64,000 nucleotides of DNA from Candidatus Poribacteria bacterium (GCA_965218095.1 OZ244587.1:320001-384000), one strand, 5' to 3'; counted from the stretch's first letter, positions 43,600-54,268 are shown. Numbers and translations: made by a program. The notes: generated by a model not told the origin, from the sequence alone.

Positions 43600-44667
43600 A
43601 TGAACCAAACATCCATTGAACTACTTATAGAACTCACCCAAGCCGACGCCGTACCTGGACATGAAGCGGAGGTGAGGCAAATCTTCCAATCACACTTGGA
43701 AGGGATTGGCATAATCCAAAAGGATCGGTTGGGAAGCATCTTTTGCACAAAGCAGGGGCGAACTGACAAACCTCGCATCCTGCTCGATTCACACATTGAT
43801 GAAGTCGGATTTATCGCCCAGAGGGTAACGGGGGCGGGATATGTTAAATTTCTCACGGTCGGGGGATGGTGGGCGCACACACTGCTTGCGCAACGAGTGA
43901 ATATTTTGACGAAACAGGGAAAAGTCCCCGGCGTCATTGGATCTACGCCGCCTCATCTTTTAGACGGTGGTTCTCGTGAGAAGGTGATGGAGATTAAGGA
44001 CCTATACATTGACATCGGGGCGGAAAGTGATGCGCAGGCAGTAGAGGAGTACGGCGTGCAGCCCGGTTGCCCAATCGTTCCTTACGGACCGTTCATGCCG
44101 CTGAAAAACCCCAGGCTGTTTTCTGCGAAAGCATTTGATAACCGCGTTGGCGTGGGGTTAGTTATCGAAATCCTCCAGCAACTCGGCGAGCACCCAAACA
44201 CGGTTATCGGCACCGGAAGTGTGCAGGAAGAGGTCGGGCTACGCGGTGCACGAACAGTTACCGCCGCAGTGGAACCGGATGTGGCAATCGTGCTGGAGGG
44301 ACCGCCCGCAGACGATTTGCCGGGTGCTAGCAGTGATGCCTTGCAGGGAAAGCTGGGCGGCGGTGTGCAGATTCGGTTGTATGACCCCTCAATGATTGCC
44401 AATCCACGTTTGTGCGAGCTTGCGATTGAAACTGCAACCGCGCACCAGATTTCTCATCAGATTGCCGTGCGTACTTCCGGCGGGACGGACGCCGGGGCAA
44501 TCCACCAAGTCGGGCGTGGCGTACCGTCAATTGTGCTAGGAGTGCCAGCCCGTTATGTCCACAGCCATGTGTCCATCATCAATATCGACGATTACCGGGC
44601 GGCACTAGACCTGCTGCTGCATCTCATTCCGCAACTCGATTCATCCACAGTAGATCATCTTGTGTAA
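43600..44667 (+). CDS. M42 family metallopeptidase
   Basis: SHIDEVGF, KAFDNR, QEEVGLRGA, GGTDAG, YVHS. Confidence 0.93.
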   Translation: MNQTSIELLIELTQADAVPGHEAEVRQIFQSHLEGIGIIQKDRLGSIFCTKQGRTDKPRILLDSHIDEVGFIAQRVTGAGYVKFLTVGGWWAHTLLAQRVNILTKQGKVPGVIGSTPPHLLDGGSREKVMEIKDLYIDIGAESDAQAVEEYGVQPGCPIVPYGPFMPLKNPRLFSAKAFDNRVGVGLVIEILQQLGEHPNTVIGTGSVQEEVGLRGARTVTAAVEPDVAIVLEGPPADDLPGASSDALQGKLGGGVQIRLYDPSMIANPRLCELAIETATAHQISHQIAVRTSGGTDAGAIHQVGRGVPSIVLGVPARYVHSHVSIINIDDYRAALDLLLHLIPQLDSSTVDHLV

Positions 44668-44722
44668 CCCTTGGCAATCAGGAACGCTCTGCCTTTCAAC
44701 CCCCTGTTTTATAGATAGATAT

Positions 44723-44869
44723 GGTGAAACCCAACATCTCAATCTACCAACGTGCTGATAATCAAGAGTTGGGTTTCACTCGATTTGTGAAATTTCAAGC
44801 AGAATCGTACCCCCAAATCCCAGTGGAATGCTTGGTATTTTTCATTGGTTCCGTTCAACCCAACCTACG
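44723..44869. repeat. REPIN-like palindromic element (partial), homologous to 47380-47525
   Basis: GTGAAACCCAAC...GATAATCAAGAGTTGGGTTTCAC...CCGTTCAACCCAACCTACG in both. Confidence 0.8.
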
Positions 44870-44884
44870 GGCTATAGATGGGTA

Positions 44885-46912
44885 CTACTTGACAATCAGC
44901 ATCTTCCGCGTGGCAGAAAAATCCCCCGCTGTCAGCGTGTAAAAGTACACACCGCTTGCCACCCGCTCTCCGAACTCGTTACGACCATCCCAATAGACCG
45001 CCTTTGACCGGCTCTCGTAGACTGCTACCATCCGATGCCCTACGTCGAGCGTGCGGACGATCCGACCACTCCCGTCATAGATAGTCAACGCCACGAAAGC
45101 ATCCGCCGCCAACCGATACGGTATCCAAGTCTCTGGATTGAACGGATTCGGATAGTTGGGCAACAGTTGGGCCTCTGCGGGTATCTCGTAGATCACCAGT
45201 GCCGGCGACTGAATCCGGCTTTGCTCCACATCTTCAGCCGTTACAGTATATCGCAGCGGCTGCACACCGATGGACGCATCTAGAGATTGTGCCGAGATTT
45301 CAAGGATATCCCCAATCTGCGCCGCCTGCCCCGTTTCTATGTCAACGATAGTGAGCCGATAACCCGCCTCATCATCTGCTGTAACAACGGCAACTTCTCT
45401 ACCTGTTGAAAGATTCTTGACAATGACACGGACTCCCACTTGGTTGACGCCCGTCCCTTCATCAACAATCGAACCGGTCAACGCCAAAACGGGAGTTGCA
45501 GTCCCGCCTTTGATGCCCGTGATTGCTATCTACGGGGCAGTAGCTGTTTCTGAGACGTTAGTCCACCCATTTCCGGAGATGGGGACCGTTGCCCCCTCCA
45601 CAGCGATTAGGAAGAAGCCTTGCCCACCTGTGACCGGGATATCCCCCTCATCACCTGCCCGTCCGACCGCCTTGAATGTCGCATTATCCGAAACGACAAT
45701 CACGGGGACGTTGTCCGCAATCCCTTCGAGCCCAAACAGGTCGCTCACGCGGGTTATCCTCGAATCCCACAGTGGCAGCCCCACGAGATTCGCGCCTTGA
45801 TGCAAGGTGATGACAGCCATCCCGTCCGCGCCAAGCGCATCACCACCTAGCCGAATGGAGACCGGGGCTTTCATACCAGGGATAATCCCTTTGTCGTCAG
45901 TCAATGCCTTGTCGGCGGACGTGCCTTTGTCCAAGGGTCCGAAATAGCCGAACCACTCTTGAGTTGCGGGGTCATAAGTGATGAGGAAGTTGACGGTGTC
46001 TGCGCCACCGAGTGCGTCGTAGAGGTCGGCAACCGATTCGATTGCCCCCATCATTCCGTCAACGGCTCTCACCTTCAGTGGGATGTGAATCAAGCTGATA
46101 CCTGATGGCAGGGAGAGGTCAAATTCGAGAATTTCGGCGATGGCGTTAAAGGTCACCGTTTCAGTGATTCCTTCGACGCTGACCTCGACAATATTCGTGC
46201 CGGGGTCGCTTCCAAGCGTAAGCCGACTCTCTGCCCTGCCATCGGCATCGGTCGTGGCGATGGCAGGGCTCGACTGTCCCGCCGCCTGCGGTGACGGTAA
46301 ACGTGACTGGCACCCCCTCAAAGGCTGAACCGTCCTCATCCCGCACCTCTACAACAAACAGTTGCGCCAGTGCCACACCGACGGTGCCATTTTGGTTATC
46401 CCCTGAGATTTTCGACGGTGTTGTAGGTGTTCGGTTGTCAAAGGAGACCTCAACTCCTCTGCTCTGTAGAGTCGGGATGTGTGTGTAAATGGATGGATAG
46501 TTCAGTAGGTTGCCCTTCACATTAACCACATTCTTTTCTCCCAATTCCGTATTTGCCACAAGGGGTGAGAGTTCTGATACCGAGTTGCCCTGAAGATCCA
46601 GAAATTGTAGGCTGGTTAAGCCCCCCAGAGGCTAAGATCGGATATCGAGTTATTCCAAAGAAACAGGTACGTCAGGTTGGTTGCATATTCAAGCCCGGTT
46701 AGTACGCTGATGCTAGCGTCTATTGCTCTAAAGAACGTCAACGTCTCCATTTCCACTGCGGTGATTGGAGGCCCTGACGCTTTGCCGAGAGTGGTTTCAA
46801 TCGCAGCGCGAAGGTTGGAGTCGGGGATATCCACCGTTTGCGCGGTTACCATCACCGGAATTGAGAGGCAAACCAATAGAAATAGAGTGAAGCGAAAAGG
46901 TTGTTTTTTCAT
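44885..46912 (-). pseudogene. Secreted leucine-rich-repeat + Big-1 protein with CTD, pseudogene
   Basis: MKKQPFRFTL leader, IPDSNLRAAI and GLEYATNLTYL (internalin-like), KISGDNQ, NYPNPFNPETWIPY, RKMLIVK; frameshifts near 46625 and 46275, TAG 45530. Confidence 0.88.
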
Positions 46913-47073
46913 ATATCTCCTCTGTTGTTAAAAATGTGATTTGAAATATGTTCTGAATCGAGCAGGTTGGGTTGAAATGTCAACAGTTCGTAGGTTGGGC
47001 GTCCTAGCCCAACCGATATGAATTGTCACGAGGTCGGGCGAGGACGCCCGACCTACGGGTATTGGTCTCAGTT

Positions 47074-47525
47074 GTAGGTTGGGTTGAACGGTTAAAGGCG
47101 AATTGCTATCAATGCCAATGGAGGTTGCGTTTTTTAACAACACGGTTTTATAGATATAGGACTTACGCACTTCAGTAGGGAACACCCCGATAAGATCGGG
47201 ACAGGCCGATCGTTGTTCCCTACGAACTCCTTGATGGAGCTCCTGCTGTAGTTGCCCGATTCATCGGGCGTCAGGTTGCTTTGAATCCCGATCTTATCGG
47301 GGAGTTGTGTTCTGCGGCGATGAATCGCCGAACTACGAGGCGTTGAGCGTTCAATTGCGTAAGTCCTAAGATAGCTAGAGTGAAACCCAACGCTCCCTCC
47401 AACAAACGGGTTGATAATCAAGAGTTGGGTTTCACTGTATTTTTGATCTTTGAATCAGAGCCGTTCTTCGCAATCGTAGTGTAATGGTAGTTATTTTTTC
47501 TTGTTTCCGTTCAACCCAACCTACG
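47074..47525. repeat. Complete REPIN-like palindrome containing a nested MITE
   Basis: GTAGGTTGGGTTGAACGG ... CCGTTCAACCCAACCTAC with inner GTGAAACCCAAC/GTTGGGTTTCAC. Confidence 0.75.
47157..47368. mobile_element. MITE with TAGGACTTACGCA terminal inverted repeats
   Basis: TAGGACTTACGCA 47157-69 and TGCGTAAGTCCTA 47356-68; internal GTAG...CTAC hairpins. Confidence 0.7.
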
Positions 47526-47568
47526 TGCTCAGTTCACGTTTCACGTTTCATTTTTATAGTTTGAACAC

Positions 47569-47606
47569 AAAAAAAGCAGGACATCCAATCAATTTGGATG
47601 TCCTGC
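47569..47606 (-). terminator. Rho-independent terminator
   Basis: GCAGGACATCCAA/TTGGATGTCCTGC stem with T-run on minus strand. Confidence 0.85.
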
Positions 47607-47642
47607 CTCAAACCGATTTTCCATCGTTGCCCGCAAGACAGA

Positions 47643-49759
47643 CTACTTGGCAATCAACATTCTGCGTGTGGCGCTGAAGTCGCCAGCGGTGAGTGTGTAG
47701 AAATAGATGCCACTCGCGACCGACTCACCGAACGCATTTTTGCCGTCCCAATAGGCTGCTCGCGCACGGTTCAGATAACTGCCCACAGGTTGATGCCCTT
47801 ACGCCAAGGTCCGAACCGGCTGCCCATTTGTCGCGTAGATGGTCAACGTCACATCGGCAGGTTTAGCGAGCCGATACGGAATCCAAGTTTCTGGGTTAAA
47901 CGGATTTGGGTAATTCGCCAACAGCACTGTCTTTTCCGGCAGCCGTTCCACCAAGCCTTCTTTAATTAACTGCTCTTCAAACAATTGAATGGCACGCTGG
48001 AAGTCCGGATCCGCGATGTTGAGTGCCTTGATGCGCTCAAAGTGAAGTGCGAGCGAGGCGGCAGGTGCACCGGGGGTCCCACTTGATTCTACCTGCGCCT
48101 GAACCAGTTGGAAGTCGTCGGTGTCAATATCACCATCTCCATCGACATCATAACGCTCAAGATCGCCTTCAGGCGTTTCCCCAAAATTCATGGCAACCGC
48201 ACTTAGATCATCGTTATCAACATCGCCATCTTCATCGACATCCTCGGGCAAATATGACGAATCACCACCGTCGTTGTTGTCTCCATCACCTGGTGGGTCC
48301 TCCTGATTAGGCACCACCGTATAACTCGTCAGGTGCGGAATTTCCGTGCTAGAGGACGTGTCTCAATTTGATGTGGAGCTATTAACCAATGGTGCTAGTT
48401 TGGAATTTGGTGGAAGTCAATGGGCATAACAGAACACCCTGGCTTCGCTTTGGTCCTCGCTGGATTGAGGTCATGAGACGATTTCCTCGATTCTACCGTT
48501 AATCTAAGTGTTAGACAATTCTTGATTAACGGGAGGAAATCCAGACTCATGCCCCTTATAGATTTTATCACACAATTGTTCTGTTGTGTAGATGATAAAC
48601 TCACACAACACCAGAAAAACCAAAAGCATACCCAAGCTAATCTCTATCCCTCTGAAGTGGTAACCCTCGCCTTACTTTTTGCACTCAAAGGCGTTGGCAA
48701 CCGAGCCTTCTACCGCTGGATAGAAAACAATTACAAACCCTGGTTCCCCAATTTACCCGAGCGAACCCGCTTGTTTCGCTTGTTCAACAATCATCAACAT
48801 CTGACTGATATTTTCATGGCAAATCCTTCACTCATCGGCGTGATTGACACTTATGGTATCGAACTGATTCACCCCCGCCGAGAATGTCGTTCTGAGCAGC
48901 AAATGGGCCGGAAAGGGATATCCAACCAACGCTGGATTGTGGGGGGGAAGCTTTGTCTGCTGCTCAATCATCTTGGACTAATTGTCGACTGGGATTGTGA
49001 TACTGCCAATGTGCACGACGGTAGTCGCTTCCAACATCTTGTTGATGGGGTCTGTGACCAGATGGTTGTTTTGCCGATGAAGGGTTTGCCAAGGTCGATT
49101 GGTTTCCTTCCAACTTGCGTCTGTGCCGACGAGGGGAATGGAATTGTCGGATGCTGGTAGAAACTGTTTTGTCGATGTTGACGGTGGTGTACCACTTTAA
49201 GAAAGTGATGCATCGTTGTTGGGCCTATTTCAAAACACGCCTCGCTTTCACGATGGCGTTGTTTAATCTCTTGGTGCAGTGGAATGGCTTTGAGGCTGAC
49301 GCAGATGGGTTTATGCCTTTATCGATTGCTCAATTTAGTCTCTAACTAGCACCAAAGGTTATTAACGTTCACGTTAAAGGTTACAGTGGAGTTGCCGTGA
49401 TTGACGACTAGAAACCCCACTTTGATCCCGAACTGCGAGGGATGTGTAATATTACTCGCAACACTCAACGTAAGTGACATCTCTCCGTCTGAATTAAAGT
49501 TCCTTCTGCGGGGAAATGTAACACTATTCGACGGATCCGGCCATTGATGTATTACGTTCTTCGGAGGGACGTAAGAAATACTGGCGGGAATCGAGAAATC
49601 GGGGTTAGGACTAACTCTAACAGTAAGCGTCTCACTACTACCGGGCGCGATGTCTATCGAAGTGGATGTGACTGCCGACAGCGTGTATCATTATGCTGTT
49701 GCCGGCATCAAAGCACAGATAAACAAAAACAGAATGAAACTAACGAGTTGCTTTTTCAT
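47643..49759 (-). pseudogene. Secreted protein with dockerin/EF-hand-like repeats and CTD, interrupted by an IS and nonsense stops
   Basis: MKKQLVSF leader; stops at 49688-93, about 48363 and 47799; DVDEDGDVDNDDL and DVDGDGDIDTDDF; NYPNPFNPETWIPY; RRMLIAK. Confidence 0.82.
48384..49360 (+). mobile_element. IS982-like element with frameshifted transposase (48549-49345)
   Basis: TIR AACCAATGGTGCTAGTT/AACTAGCACCAAAGGTT, ATT duplication; LYPSEVVT, IDTYGIELIHP, RMLVETVLS. Confidence 0.85.
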
Positions 49760-50141
49760 GGCTTTAACTCCTTATCTTTTAAGCTTAAGGGAATGCGTTC
49801 GCATTCTGCCAGGGGATTCGCTTCAGAAACAAATAAATCGTTGCATTTACTATTCTATCGAATTATAATAGTGTATACTAAAAGGAGGTTGGCAACTAAC
49901 GTTACAGCCAGAGGTGACTGGGCGGATACGGTGTTCTCAAACATTGCATTGCAACTACGATAGCATTTTTCTGTTCTGGTCAATAACATGTTGAACCAAC
50001 CCCTACCCATTCAGGGGTGCTCGCATCAGGCCTTATGAGCCACCCTCAGTTATATCAGGATGTGGGACGTTCATTACCTGAGAACACCCAGATTCCTGAT
50101 GCAAATAGTCCCTTGTGGCTAGAAACTGCGGTATCCACCGC

Positions 50142-50353
50142 ATGAAATATCGAGAAGTTGCTCGAAAATTCACAGCCCTTGGTTGCCAAGAACGAAAGCG
50201 GAGAGACGGTGGTCGCGTCGGAAATGGTTTAATCCCAATACCCAACGAGGCACTGTTGTTCCAGATTGGGGTAGACATGACCTGAGATTGGTAACAGTTC
50301 GTGCTGCTGTTCGACAGTTGGGAATCGATTGGCAAAATTCCCAAGACGCTTAG
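50142..50353 (+). pseudogene. hicA: HicA-family toxin pseudogene (cassette remnant)
   Basis: Manual translation MKYREVARK..LGC and, after frameshift, RKWFNP...VPDWGRHDL...VRQLGIDW. Confidence 0.6.
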
Positions 50354-50357
50354 AATC

Positions 50358-50469
50358 ATCAAATCAGCCGTTTCAGTTGATGGCGGCGGATTTGGGTTTG
50401 TCGGACGCTTGTTAGTAAATCCGCGCTGTCCTGGTCTCACGTAGCAGACAACTGAACGTTTTCTTAGAT
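50358..50469 (+). other. attC-like site (degenerate)
   Basis: TTCAGTTG ... CAACTGAA inner boxes, ends ATCAAAT/CTTAGAT. Confidence 0.55.
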
Positions 50470-50480
50470 CGAGGGAAATT

Positions 50481-50840
50481 ATGCACACCCGGAAAATTCT
50501 GTTGGTCTTCGCAATCCTATTGGTTTCAATAGCGGTAGCGATCGACATACTCTCAATTAGCAAAAGAGGTATTCCCCAAGGTGAACCAGATGAGTCTGTG
50601 ATTACCTATAAGATTGCCTATGAAAGGACGAACTTTGGAATCTCTCAGGAGGTTGAAATGGAAATAAATGGAATTAACATCGAAGGTATAACCATCCTTG
50701 CTGTCACCGGAGCACTGGTTGGTATTTTCAGCACACTCTTTTGGATGTTTATCGTTTGGCGTGTACTTGAAAAGCTCTCAACGTCTGTCGACCGCCTGCT
50801 GCAACAGAAACTATCCGACGAGCAAGATCGAGAAACTTAA
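50481..50840 (+). CDS. Hypothetical membrane protein (gene cassette)
   Basis: Hydrophobic segments; stop TAA lies within the ACTTAAC of the next attC. Confidence 0.6.
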   Translation: MHTRKILLVFAILLVSIAVAIDILSISKRGIPQGEPDESVITYKIAYERTNFGISQEVEMEINGINIEGITILAVTGALVGIFSTLFWMFIVWRVLEKLSTSVDRLLQQKLSDEQDRET

Positions 50841-50960
50841 CAGGTCGGTGCGGTTCATGGGCATTGCGCTTTTACCGATGTTTCTAGGGTTGCGGTGGGT
50901 TTTGGTCTGTCCGACGGTCTTCGGCAAGCCTCCGCCTCAACGGAACTTTTTTCGTTAGCA
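50835..50960 (+). other. attC-like site
   Basis: ACTTAAC ... GTTAGCA, 126 bp. Confidence 0.65.
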
Positions 50961-51036
50961 CGGGAAGAAACGAACGGTTAAAGGGAGAAGGACAACGCAG
51001 AAACCGAGGTAGGTGATTCAAGCAACAGAATAGCAG

Positions 51037-51327
51037 ATGAACATTCGATTTTACATTGACCCAGAAACGGGCTTGCCTCATATTTACAACCATGAGGTAG
51101 ATGAGGTTGAGGTCGAAGAAGTCTTACAAAATCCGGGTGAAGATCGAGCAGGTCGTGACGATTCACGGATTGCCATCGGTCAAACACAAACTGGATGCTA
51201 CCTACGGGTCATCTATGTTCCAGATCCGCAACCCGACAGCGTCTTTGTAATTACCGCTTATGAGTTGAAGGGTAAACTCTTAACAGCTTATCGGCGACGC
51301 CAGCGAAGGCGAGGAGGAAGAAAATGA
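51037..51327 (+). CDS. Putative type II toxin (BrnT/DUF4258-like)
   Basis: HIYNHEV..EVEEVL, AIGQT..G.YLRVIY, FVITAY; overlaps downstream gene. Confidence 0.7.
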   Translation: MNIRFYIDPETGLPHIYNHEVDEVEVEEVLQNPGEDRAGRDDSRIAIGQTQTGCYLRVIYVPDPQPDSVFVITAYELKGKLLTAYRRRQRRRGGRK

Positions 51328-51542
51328 AGCACAGTAGATTCCCCCCGAATTGGGATGAAAAACGAGTTCAGAAAGTCATTGCCCACTATGAAGCACAAAC
51401 CGAAGATGAAGCTGTGGCTGAAGATGAAGCCGCATTTGGGGATTCATCGAAAACGGTTATAGAAATCCCGAAAGAGTTGATTCCTGTGGTTCGTGAGCTT
51501 ATTGCCAAGCATTTGGGCAACGAAATTGCCGAACCGAGTTAA
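51324..51542 (+). CDS. Putative antitoxin
   Basis: 72 aa, acidic, ATGA overlap with toxin. Confidence 0.65.
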   Translation: MKHSRFPPNWDEKRVQKVIAHYEAQTEDEAVAEDEAAFGDSSKTVIEIPKELIPVVRELIAKHLGNEIAEPS

Positions 51543-51553
51543 TCGACTTGAGA

Positions 51554-51664
51554 TCCTAACCAGCTCAACCGATGGCGGGATCTGCGGTTTTACGAATGTT
51601 TTGGAGTTGTGGCGGGTTTGGGTTTCGGCAAACTCTGCGGCAACTCATACCAATTTCATTTGAG
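51554..51664 (+). other. attC-like site (degenerate)
   Basis: TCCTAAC start; TGGCGGGTTT and TTCGGCAAA shared with 22831-22966. Confidence 0.55.
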
Positions 51665-51678
51665 GAGGTATTTAACCA

Positions 51679-51880
51679 TGAATCAGAAATTTGAGCAGAG
51701 TCCGAAACTTGAAAAGTGGCTCAGATGGATGGGGATTATTCACAACGAGATTCTGTATCTTCTTCGGGATGCGAACATGTTTTGGGAAGTCCAAGACATC
51801 ATCCGTGAGAATCTACATATTCAAAAGCCCAGTGCTTTCTATCGTTATCTTGCGAAGACTTATTTTTCTCATGCTCAGGA
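51679..51880 (+). pseudogene. Truncated cassette ORF (possibly HEPN/AbiU2-like N-terminus)
   Basis: GGAGG RBS, MNQKFEQ...; fused by apparent deletion to the next cassette. Confidence 0.35.
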
Positions 51881-52041
51881 GGTTTACATTGAAAACCAAA
51901 CAACCTCGATCTGAAGGTGTTAGAAGAATTGTTTTAACCTGTTCAGTTGTGTTATCTGTGTCATGGGTGTTATTGATGATTGTGACAATAGTATTTACGG
52001 GTTACCTTACAGCGTCCTATATTTTTATTACAGTTATTATT

Positions 52042-52825
52042 GGTTCTGTTGACATTTCATCGTAACCAGATAATCGCAGCAACGAAACTCAGAAACCCCA
52101 AATAGCGACCCGCCAACTTATCAAAACGACTGAAGATACGCCTATAGTGCTTGATTTTGTTGATGAAGTATTCCACCCGATGTCTCTCTCGGTACAGATG
52201 CGTATCATAGTCTCGTGACTCACGGTGGTTGATACGGGGACGAATCACTAGCTCTGCACCCATACGGATTATCAACTGCACCAATGAATCCGCGTCATAC
52301 GCTGAGTCGGCTATCACATACTCACTGCTATACCCTTCCGCACAAGTCATGGCGTGGCGTTGTCCAGCCGTCAGCGCAAAACGTAATGGATTGCCTAAGC
52401 CATCAACCGTGATGTGAATTTTGGTTGAAAATCCACCCACACTACGTCCGAGTGCCTGTGAGGCTTGACCACCACTTGTTTTCAAAGCCCCTGCAGCACA
52501 GGGGTGAGCGTGGATGATGGTACTGTCACCATATCTGGGTCGTTGACAAAGTGTTGATGCAACCGTTGGAAGATGCCTTTATCGCACCAGCGAGCGAATC
52601 GTTTATAGACGCTGTTCCAACTGCCGTACTCTTTTGGTAGGAGTCGCCATTGACTACCACTACGAGTTATCCAAAGCACTGCTTGGACAAAACGTTTTAA
52701 GTTCGCTTGCTGTCCGGTGTAGACATCGGAACAGGTTTGCAGGAATGCTGCTATTTTTGACCATTGATTATCGGATAAGGTAAGTGTTGACATATCGTTA
52801 TTATGCCATAAATGTCAATACGGAC
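52042..52825 (-). mobile_element. IS5-family element (diverged; ORFs 52482-52793 and 52057-52485)
   Basis: RSGSQWRLLP, GRSVGGFSTKIH, ADSAYD; TIR-like ends containing TTGACATT. Confidence 0.88.
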
Positions 52826-52827
52826 TA

Positions 52828-53664
52828 GGTTCTGTTGACATTTGAGTATAAGGTTGTGGCATAATAGAAGAATGATGCCAATAACCTTACCCGATGACCA
52901 ATGGAAAAAGATATACTCGTTTCTTCTAACTTGTCCCAACATCTATGTTGGCAACGAAGCGACAACACGCCGCTTTATCGAAACTGTTCTCTGGGCGACC
53001 CGTAGCGGTGCTCAATGGCGGATTCTGCCAGACACCTATAGTAAATGGAACACCCTCTATAAGCGTTTTGCTCGGTGGTGCGACAAAGGGGTCTTCACAC
53101 AGATCCACCACCACTTCGCCGCCGACCCCGATATCGAGTCGCTTATTGTGGACAGTACAATCATTCGAGCGCACCCGTGTGCGGCGGGTGCCTTAAAAAA
53201 AAGGGTGGCACTGAAAACCAAGCGTTAGGCCGCTCTCGCGGGGGATTCAGTACAAAAATTCACATCACCGTTGACGGCCTGGGTAATCCCCTAAGAATAC
53301 ATCTGACGCCCGGTCAAAGAAACGACATAGCGGAAGCAGAAGCGTTGATACTTGGATATAAAAGCGAGTATGTGATTGGAGACAAGGGATATAACTCCGA
53401 CAATTTTATCGCGGTTATTGAGGCGAATGGAGCGATTGCGGTGATACCGCCAAAAAGTCATCGTGTGGATCAAAGAGATTACGACAAACATCTGTACAAA
53501 GAGAGACATCGGGTTGAATGTTTCATTAACAAGATAAAATGGTAAACAAGATAAAATGGTATCGCCGCATCTTCTCTCGGTTCGAGAAGTTAGCTATCCG
53601 TTATTTTGGATTTCTCAGCTTTGTCTCCACTCTTATATGGCTCCCTTGAAATGTCAACAGAACC
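52828..53664 (+). mobile_element. IS5-family element, close relative of 31054-31901, C-terminally frameshifted
   Basis: Same TIRs, TA flanks, A8 slippery site 53195-53202, 17-bp duplication 53528-53561. Confidence 0.92.
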
Positions 53665-53731
53665 TAGTGCTATCTTATCCTTATACCACACGCTATATCC
53701 AAATTTGTATACTGGATAAGAGACGGTTTTA

Positions 53732-53862
53732 GCCAAAACAAAAACAGATAATGCAGCCTTCTTAGTCCCGGTTTATCGGGGTGACAGCGGAGAGCCGCAG
53801 CTTTCGGCAAACCCCGCCGTGCTCGTCCGATTCATCGGACAACTGAACTTGGGTCGTTAGCA
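53732..53862 (+). other. attC-like site
   Basis: Ends GGACAACTGAACTTGGGTCGTTAGCA, matching the minus-strand end of 24143-24280. Confidence 0.65.
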
Positions 53863-53878
53863 TATAAATGGAGGATAT

Positions 53879-54268
53879 ATGTTTTTTACATTACTGTTAG
53901 TCACATTCGTCTTAGCGGCTGTTGTCTCATTTTGGGTTGTGAAGGTCTTTGATAAGCCAATATCCACCATCTTTAGACGCATCATTCAGGACGAGATCAG
54001 CAGTGCGTGGCATAAGTATGTGAAATTTGCTGCTTATGTGGTTGGTATTTCCGGTGGCGTGAGAATACATCAGCTAGAAAGATATATAAGTGCACCCGCC
54101 AAAGATTCTCAGATTTTAGAGTTGAATGATAAGCGATGGACACTAGAGGTATATCGAACCATCATTGAAACCCTTCAAGCGATTGCTTGGCTGTACTTAG
54201 TGGTATTTATATTTGCCTTAATTGCATACGTTATCGTTAGGGCTTTTGAGTTAAGGAGTCCTAAATAG
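53879..54268 (+). CDS. Hypothetical membrane protein (gene cassette)
   Basis: GGAGG RBS right after attC; followed by CTCTAAC (54277), a truncated attC. Confidence 0.8.
   Translation: MFFTLLLVTFVLAAVVSFWVVKVFDKPISTIFRRIIQDEISSAWHKYVKFAAYVVGISGGVRIHQLERYISAPAKDSQILELNDKRWTLEVYRTIIETLQAIAWLYLVVFIFALIAYVIVRAFELRSPK

Larger units (their letters stand above)
51889..53719 (+). pseudogene. Small membrane protein cassette split by two IS5 copies
   Basis: GGAGG-TTG start; frame continues after 53666 as SAILSLYHTLYPNLYTG*. Confidence 0.55.

Noticed and set aside
5567-45532. Genome-wide TAG reassignment or pyrrolysine
   Set aside because: TAG is the real stop of many intact genes here (serpin, epimerase), and most affected genes carry other lesions.
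29237-49690. Other internal TGA codons (29237, 39484, about 48363, 49688) as selenocysteine
   Set aside because: Not at evident Cys-motif positions, and the genes have additional stops or frameshifts.
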